From assembly GCA_023440105.1 (NCBI GenBank), contig JAEXSY010000067.1, forward strand, positions 1 through 33,498: a stretch of 33,498 bases of DNA, in the 5' to 3' direction. The first letter of the stretch is position 1; the number at the start of each line of letters is the position of its first letter. Made by a program: the position numbers and the translations under genes. The notes below the pieces were generated by a model, which made no database searches, was not told the origin of the DNA, and saw nothing but the letters and a program-made list of their open reading frames with translations. This DNA comes from Bacillota bacterium. Lineage in GTDB: Bacteria; Bacillota; Clostridia; Clostridiales; Clostridiaceae. Shown piece after piece: positions 27,504 to 33,498 of the stretch.

Positions 27504-28070
27504 TTATTTGTGTATATCCGATTTCAGTAAGGAATATAACTTCAAATCCACAATCCCTTGACCTTTCCAATGATACCCCTGGCGAATAATTCCCTCCTCA
27601 GTAAAGCCATTTTTAAGCAAAACCCTTTGGGACTTAATATTCTCTGGCATTACAAAGGCTTGTATACGATTAATTCCCACATAGTTAAATAGATAATCTG
27701 TCATTGCCTGAACAGTCTTTGTTGCTATGCCTTTAGACTGAAAGCTTTCCTTTAATCTGTAGCCTATAGTCACCATATTTACATCCTTGGAGTAGTCGAA
27801 GATTTCTGCTATACCGACGATATTATCAAGCTCGCTATTTAGGCATATTCCAATAAATATGCACTTTCTTTTATGAAAGTCTCTTTCAAAATGTCCTATC
27901 ATATTGGCAACAGTGTCCTTATTCTTTTTTGTATTAACAGGAGTATACTGAAAAAGTCTTTCATTGCTATATATTTCAAAAAGACTATCTAGGTCCGTAT
28001 CTACTATTTTTCTTAATGTTATTTCATCTCCTAAGATGTGCGGAAATTGCTCAAATAAATTTTTAATCAA
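27504..28070 (-). CDS. RimJ/RimL-type GNAT N-acetyltransferase
   Basis: ITLRKI, TIGYRL, QSKGIATK, INRIQAFVMPENIKSQRVLLKNGFTEEG; TTG start after AGGGGGAGG. Confidence 0.9.
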   Translation of the reverse strand: MIKNLFEQFPHILGDEITLRKIVDTDLDSLFEIYSNERLFQYTPVNTKKNKDTVANMIGHFERDFHKRKCIFIGICLNSELDNIVGIAEIFDYSKDVNMVTIGYRLKESFQSKGIATKTVQAMTDYLFNYVGINRIQAFVMPENIKSQRVLLKNGFTEEGIIRQGYHWKGQGIVDLKLYSLLKSDIHK

Positions 28071-28146
28071 AATTATCCTCCCCCTTTATTCCTTCTCCTT
28101 GAATTACTTGGTACCATTCCTAATTATTCATAAACTTCACTCACAG

Positions 28147-29289
28147 CTACTCTTTATCCTTTTTCTTTTTAAGCTGTTCTTTAAACAAGCTCTTTAGCTT
28201 TTCCTGTCCAGCTTTAGTTCCTATGTCTGAACTATTGATTTCACCTTTATAAACTGCTTCCATGAGGCGTATGTAGGCTTCTCCTAAGGCAGTGGTTATT
28301 AATCCTGCAGTGGCCCCAGATATTGATCCTCCAACTACAGTACCAGCTCCGGGAACTAGCTTTAGGAGATTTGATACTATTGTTCTTCCTGCTATAGTCG
28401 CTCCACTAGCTCCTAAGGCGGAGGAAACAAAAGCCATTATAATGCTCTTATCTACGTTTAAGCCAAAAATAGATGTTATAGTTGCAATCATGGCAACCTG
28501 AGTAGGGACCATCAGGGAAGCATCAGCAAAGGGAATTGGAGCAAAGCCTTCTCCAAAGGTAGCCATAGTTGCTGTAGCTACAGCTTTCCGGGCACTCCTC
28601 CGCTTTTGATCTAAGGAAGCTATCTGAACATTTTGTAGTGTGTCCTTTAATTCATCCGGGAGGACCTCACTCATTACAGAAATCAAATTATCTAAGCCAT
28701 AGGCCTTCTGAACATAGTCATCATCTATCTCATAGTCTTCAGCTAATACGGGAACAACCTGAACAACATCCAGATTCTCATTGAGAACTGTATTCTGCAT
28801 TTCTTTTGCTTTTTTCTTGGAGAAGGCCTGAGTTAAAATAATTATAACTGGAACCTGAGTTAATTTATTTTCCTCAGCAAAGTCCCTCAGCCAGTCAATC
28901 TCGTATTGCTCTATCCTATTAGAAGAGGTGTTTATACAGTACCAAATACAGTGAATAGCCTCATTTACATCCTTTGACGCCACACCCTTCCTTATTGTAT
29001 CTATAATTTCCTTCTTCACCTCACTCTGAGCTTCCTTTCCCAGCTCAAAGCCTCGAGTATCATATATATTTAAAGGAAAATCCTTTTTACTAATCTTTCT
29101 CATATGCATGGTTACAGGCTTACCAATTCCTGTTTCCACTAGCTTTTCTCTAAAAACACTATTTATCAGTGTGCTTTTACCCACACCAGTCTTACCAGCA
29201 ACGATGATATTTAGGGTCTTTAAATTTCTTATCTTTTCATTGATTGCTTTGATACAGTCCTGGGCAATCTTCTCAGTATTTATCTCCAT
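28147..29289 (-). CDS. Era/MMR_HSR1-like GTPase fused to a DUF697 (YcjF-like) Gly-rich hydrophobic domain
   Basis: GKTGVGKSTLINSVF, GKPVT, YDTRG, IHCIWYCI; C-terminal PIPFADA...Q and LLKLVPGAGTVVGG. Confidence 0.87.
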   Translation of the reverse strand: MEINTEKIAQDCIKAINEKIRNLKTLNIIVAGKTGVGKSTLINSVFREKLVETGIGKPVTMHMRKISKKDFPLNIYDTRGFELGKEAQSEVKKEIIDTIRKGVASKDVNEAIHCIWYCINTSSNRIEQYEIDWLRDFAEENKLTQVPVIIILTQAFSKKKAKEMQNTVLNENLDVVQVVPVLAEDYEIDDDYVQKAYGLDNLISVMSEVLPDELKDTLQNVQIASLDQKRRSARKAVATATMATFGEGFAPIPFADASLMVPTQVAMIATITSIFGLNVDKSIIMAFVSSALGASGATIAGRTIVSNLLKLVPGAGTVVGGSISGATAGLITTALGEAYIRLMEAVYKGEINSSDIGTKAGQEKLKSLFKEQLKKKKDKE

Positions 29290-29426
29290 AATTCTGCACC
29301 CCTTTTTACTTTTTTATAAAATCCATGGCATTAAATACTATTTCAATTTTTTAGATCAGCTTAAGTTATTTACATTTTAACAAATACCATTTATCATAGC
29401 AATTAATGCTCAATTAGCAAAAAATA

Positions 29427-29478
29427 AAATATAAATAGACTAATCCCTTCTACTACATGGATTAGTCTATTTATATTT
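29427..29478 (-). terminator. Long hairpin terminator after the GH13 gene
   Basis: Perfect 20-bp arms AAATATAAATAGACTAATCC / GGATTAGTCTATTTATATTT. Confidence 0.8.
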
Positions 29479-29504
29479 ATTCTAATGTTTCAATAAGTCA
29501 TAAC

Positions 29505-31379
29505 TCATGTGCCTGTCACCCATATAATTGCTTCATAGGGCTCTAGAAATTCATGGGAGCTATTTCTATAGGTTGATAGTAAAACCTTTCCTTCTACAGG
29601 CTTTTTTCTTTTAAGCCTGTCTGCACTTAGGTTAACTTCTACAAATAAGGTTTCTTCCTGATTCTTGCGGTAATAGGTAAATAGATTTTTCTCCTTCTTA
29701 TTTGTAAATACCACCTCACCATAGTAGATTACAGGATGCTCTCTGCGGAGGGCAATGGCCCTTTGATAGAACTTTAGGACAGAGTCTTCATCCTTTAGCT
29801 GAGTCCTGACATTATTCTTCTTATAATCATCATCCATGAGAATCCATGGCTTTCCCGTGGTAAAGCCTGCATGGTCTTCACTACTCCACTGCATAGGAGT
29901 TCTGGCGTGGTCTCTTGTACCCGCTAGTACCCTTACAAAGGCCTCCTCCTTGCTCATGGAATTGCAAAGCTCCTGATAAAGGTTTAAGGATTCCACATCA
30001 CGAAGGTCCTCAATGGATTTAAACCTTTGATTGATCATTCCTAGCTCTTGTCCCTGATAAATAAAGGGTGTTCCTCTTAGAGTAAGTTGGATTACTGCCA
30101 GCAGCTTTGCCAAGGATTCTCTGAATTTAGGATCTGGATTTACTTTTGATATCATACGGGGATTATCATGATTTTCATAAAACAACGAGGGTTGACAGCT
30201 GTTGCCGTAGTTTTCCATCCAATCTATCATATATTTCTTTAGGTAGTTCAAATCATATCTGTAATCATCAAAGCGAGTATGCCCTGGAGTCTCCAGATGG
30301 TCAAAGGAAAAAACCATATCCAGTTCCCTGCGATAATCTGCTGTGATAAGCTTACTCATTTCCATTCCTATTCCTGGAGTTTCCCCAACGGAAAAGGCCT
30401 CATAGGGCTCAAAGGCTTTTTCTCTGAGCTCATGGAGATACTCATGAAGACGGGGTCCATAAAAATAGCTTTCCACCCCATAATAGCCCATAAGTCTCCC
30501 TATGCTTTCATTACCCTCCGGCAGTCCTTCACGCTTGGAAATATAATTAATCACATCCAGGCGGAAGCCATCAACACCTTTTTCAAGCCACCACCGCACC
30601 ATCTCTTGAATTTCCTGACGGACCTCCTGATTTTCCCAGTTTAAGTCCATCTGCTTCTTAGAGAATAGGTGCAGGGCATACTGCTTTCTCTCCTCTACAT
30701 AGTTCCATGCACTACCGCTAAAGAAGGATGTCCAGTTATTAGACTTATCCCTAAATATATAATAATCTCCATACTTTGAGCTTGGATCATTTACGGCCTT
30801 CCGATACCACTGATGCTCATCAGAGGTATGGTTCACCACCAAATCCATGATAAGCCTCATACCCCGGCTATGAACCTCGGAAAGCAAGCTGTCAAAATCC
30901 TCCATAGTGCCAAACTCAGCCATAATTTTTTGATAATCTCTGATATCATAGCCATTATCATCATTAGGAGAATCGTAGATAGGTGAAAGCCAAATGGCAT
31001 CTATGCCCAGGTCCTTCAAGTAATCAAGCTTTTCAATAATACCATTTATATCTCCAATACCATCGCCATTGCTGTCCTTAAAGCTTCTAGGGTAAATCTG
31101 ATAAAACACCGCTTCCTTCCACCAGGCCTTCTTTATAGCTCCCTGATCTGCCCTTGGAACAGCCTCTTCGCTGTTTAAAAGGGTGAGAAAGGTATCCACA
31201 AAGCTCTCATCTAGCTGCTTCTTTAATAGCTTTGGAAGCACCTTTAAAGGCAGGTTAGAAACTATGGGATTTCTTATAGCTCTATCACTAATATTCATCT
31301 GGAGCAATAGCTTATTTATTATGTCCCGTCCTATAGGATTTTTATAAACATCCTTTATTTTATGATTCTTATTGAGCAT
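29505..31379 (-). CDS. GH13 alpha-glucosidase/oligo-1,6-glucosidase with an N-terminal extension
   Basis: WWKEAVFYQIYPRSFKDSNGDGIGD, DLVVNHTSDEH, QMDLN, GFRLDVIN, VGET, ENHD; about 85 extra N-terminal residues. Confidence 0.93.
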   Translation of the reverse strand: MLNKNHKIKDVYKNPIGRDIINKLLLQMNISDRAIRNPIVSNLPLKVLPKLLKKQLDESFVDTFLTLLNSEEAVPRADQGAIKKAWWKEAVFYQIYPRSFKDSNGDGIGDINGIIEKLDYLKDLGIDAIWLSPIYDSPNDDNGYDIRDYQKIMAEFGTMEDFDSLLSEVHSRGMRLIMDLVVNHTSDEHQWYRKAVNDPSSKYGDYYIFRDKSNNWTSFFSGSAWNYVEERKQYALHLFSKKQMDLNWENQEVRQEIQEMVRWWLEKGVDGFRLDVINYISKREGLPEGNESIGRLMGYYGVESYFYGPRLHEYLHELREKAFEPYEAFSVGETPGIGMEMSKLITADYRRELDMVFSFDHLETPGHTRFDDYRYDLNYLKKYMIDWMENYGNSCQPSLFYENHDNPRMISKVNPDPKFRESLAKLLAVIQLTLRGTPFIYQGQELGMINQRFKSIEDLRDVESLNLYQELCNSMSKEEAFVRVLAGTRDHARTPMQWSSEDHAGFTTGKPWILMDDDYKKNNVRTQLKDEDSVLKFYQRAIALRREHPVIYYGEVVFTNKKEKNLFTYYRKNQEETLFVEVNLSADRLKRKKPVEGKVLLSTYRNSSHEFLEPYEAIIWVTGT

Positions 31380-31392
31380 TTCTTCACTCCTC

Positions 31393-32757
31393 TTAACCTT
31401 TTATTTCTCCACGAGCAGCTAAATCTGCAATTATACTATCAAAGGTTTCCTTATCAATCTTAAATTTTTTCCTATAAATTATATAGCCAATAACAATAAA
31501 TAAAAGAGGCAATATAAGCATGGATAGCTTCATAATCAGGAGTCCTCTGTCCGTTACATCTTGAGGGGTAGCAGCAGAATTTATGCCGGAGATAATTAAG
31601 GTAACACCTACAATACCATTGGCAATGGCGCCACCGATTTTATTTATAAAGGGCTGCACGGAAAAGGTAATGCTCTCATTACGATGACCCAGCTTCCACT
31701 GTCCATACTCAACGGTATCTGTCAAAAACATCAGCATCAGAAGCTGAATAAATGCCTGCCCTACAAATATGAAAACACCCGCCGCACCAATAAAAAGCAT
31801 ATTCATGGGAGCAAGAAAGAAAATTACATAGCCTATAACTACCAAAATAGTAGAAATGGCATATAGCTTTTTCCTGCTAAGCCTCTTTGAAAAGAAAGGG
31901 AAAACCGTTAAGGCTGCTAGCTGAGACACCCCAAGAATGGCGGCAAAAACAGAGTACATCCCTTCATTTTTAAAGGCATACTTGAAGTAATATACTCCAA
32001 AGCTTGTGGTTGTGCTGTAGCCTATCATAAACAAGGCCATGGAAATTGCCGTAAACAAGAGCTGGTCATTTTTAAATAGAACCCTAAACATTTCTTTAAG
32101 TGATGTGGACTCCTGCTTAACATGGATGCTCCTGTCCTCTTTTACCCCAAAGACAGTAAAGGAAAGGAAGGCCCAGGTAATTAAAACAATGGCTATTACG
32201 GTAATCTGCCAGGCCCTCTTATCTCCACCTAGAGCATTGGTAACAGGTAAAATACCTACAACTGTGGCAAATAAGCCTATATTGGCACAAATCCTTGCAA
32301 AGGAGCCTATCCTTTCTCTTTCCTTCTGGTCAAGAGATAAGGAAGGGAGCATAGACCAATAGGCAATATCATTGGCTCCATAGGTTAAATCCCAAAGGAG
32401 ATAGATTATTACAAGAACTGCTACATAGGATTTTCCTGTTAATCCATAATCAAAAAACAATAAAATAGTAAATATTCCACCTATAATACCGCCAATTACT
32501 ATCCAGGGCTTAAATTTCCCAAATCTTGACCGAGTGTTATCTACTAAAAATCCCATTATAGGATCGTTCACTGCATCAAATACTCTCAATATCGTAAGGG
32601 CTCCCGTAATCCACCACATTACTGAATCTGGCAGATCCAGAATATCTGTGAGAAAAAACAACAGGTACATGCTTACCATGGTATAGAGCATATCTCTTCC
32701 TATGGTACCAAGGCCAAAGGTATATCGATTATGATTTGCTTTTACTTTAACTTTCAT
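31393..32757 (-). CDS. Glycoside-pentoside-hexuronide:cation symporter (MelB-like)
   Basis: GTIGRD, RVFDAVNDPIMG.LVDNTRSRFGKFKPW, DIAYWSM, DTVEYGQWKLGHRNE. Confidence 0.93.
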   Translation of the reverse strand: MKVKVKANHNRYTFGLGTIGRDMLYTMVSMYLLFFLTDILDLPDSVMWWITGALTILRVFDAVNDPIMGFLVDNTRSRFGKFKPWIVIGGIIGGIFTILLFFDYGLTGKSYVAVLVIIYLLWDLTYGANDIAYWSMLPSLSLDQKERERIGSFARICANIGLFATVVGILPVTNALGGDKRAWQITVIAIVLITWAFLSFTVFGVKEDRSIHVKQESTSLKEMFRVLFKNDQLLFTAISMALFMIGYSTTTSFGVYYFKYAFKNEGMYSVFAAILGVSQLAALTVFPFFSKRLSRKKLYAISTILVVIGYVIFFLAPMNMLFIGAAGVFIFVGQAFIQLLMLMFLTDTVEYGQWKLGHRNESITFSVQPFINKIGGAIANGIVGVTLIISGINSAATPQDVTDRGLLIMKLSMLILPLLFIVIGYIIYRKKFKIDKETFDSIIADLAARGEIKG

Positions 32758-33498
32758 ATTTTACCCTCCCGACTTTTAAGCTCAGTAATATAAAGGTTTG
32801 AGCCAAAATCCCCCAGTATTCTTAGGCTTTTATCATAGCCTGTCCCAATAAATTGGTCCCTTAAGGGAATTCCTGATTCTAATGCTTCTGCAGAGCAGGT
32901 ATAGCTCTCTACCGTATCCTCCATGGTGTAATGACGGTTAGCTGTACGTAAAATGATACCCTCTGGATTTAGCTCTATAGGGAGAACATGCTTCAGTAAG
33001 CCTCCAAAGCGTTTTATATAAAGTCTTTGCTTCCTTGTGCTGAGGGTATAGCTTCCCTTTCTTAGCCCCAACACTCTTAGCTTGTCACTGCTCTCCGCCG
33101 CAGTGGCTAGGGTCTGGAAGAGACCAGTCAATGCCGTTTCCTGATTTTCGCTTAGGACCTGCCAAAATACCTTGTTGTCCTTATGGGAAGGGATTCTATA
33201 GAACCTACCATACTGAAATACTTTTCGATACCTTTTATAAAAAGCAATCTGGTCGGCTACATCCTTCTTTTCCTCAGGAGTGAGATACTTAAGGTCAAGC
33301 TCATAGCCAAGACAGCCAAAGGCTGCCACATGAAACCGCGTAGCAAGGGGTGTTTCCCGCAATGTTTGCTGATGGGGAGCTTGAGATACGTGTGCTCCCA
33401 TGGTAGAGGGTGGATAAAAATAGGATAAGCCTCCTTGAATCTTTAGCCTTTCAATCGGATCCGTATCATCGGAGGTCCAAATTTGAGGACCAAAGCAC
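32754..33498 (-). CDS. GH36 alpha-galactosidase, C-terminal part (enters from the right edge)
   Basis: Frame stays open past the ORF-track start: CFGPQIWTSDDTDPIERLKIQGGLSYFYPPSTMGAHVS...LGYELDL...GRFYR. Confidence 0.93.
   Translation of the reverse strand, partial: CFGPQIWTSDDTDPIERLKIQGGLSYFYPPSTMGAHVSQAPHQQTLRETPLATRFHVAAFGCLGYELDLKYLTPEEKKDVADQIAFYKRYRKVFQYGRFYRIPSHKDNKVFWQVLSENQETALTGLFQTLATAAESSDKLRVLGLRKGSYTLSTRKQRLYIKRFGGLLKHVLPIELNPEGIILRTANRHYTMEDTVESYTCSAEALESGIPLRDQFIGTGYDKSLRILGDFGSNLYITELKSREGKI

Overview
Low-GC, Clostridium-like Firmicute chromosomal region built from small accessory modules. In order: a type I restriction-modification operon (hsdM-hsdS-hsdR, hsdR running off the left edge); a BceRS/BceAB-type peptide-resistance module whose ATPase carries an in-frame TAA; a CAAX/Abi protease; a CDF metal exporter; a non-discriminating aspartyl-tRNA synthetase under a T-box leader with two antiterminator/terminator units; a YesM/YesN-type two-component system with a sugar ABC transporter and an FAD oxidoreductase; a GNAT pseudogene; a probable convergent type I toxin-antitoxin locus missing from the ORF track; a LacI-controlled D-lyxose-isomerase/DUF4432/xylulokinase cluster bracketed by that TA locus and a decayed copy of its 3' end; a RimJ-type GNAT; a GTPase-DUF697 gene; and an alpha-galactosidase/GPH symporter/GH13 operon running off the right edge. 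Many intergenic gaps hold short relics of deleted genes (ArsR, M20 hydrolase, a possible SIS-domain protein, paralogs of neighbouring genes). I saw no CRISPR array, rRNA, tRNA, transposase or integrase. Family calls come from motif recognition by eye and no database search was run, so novelty is unverified.
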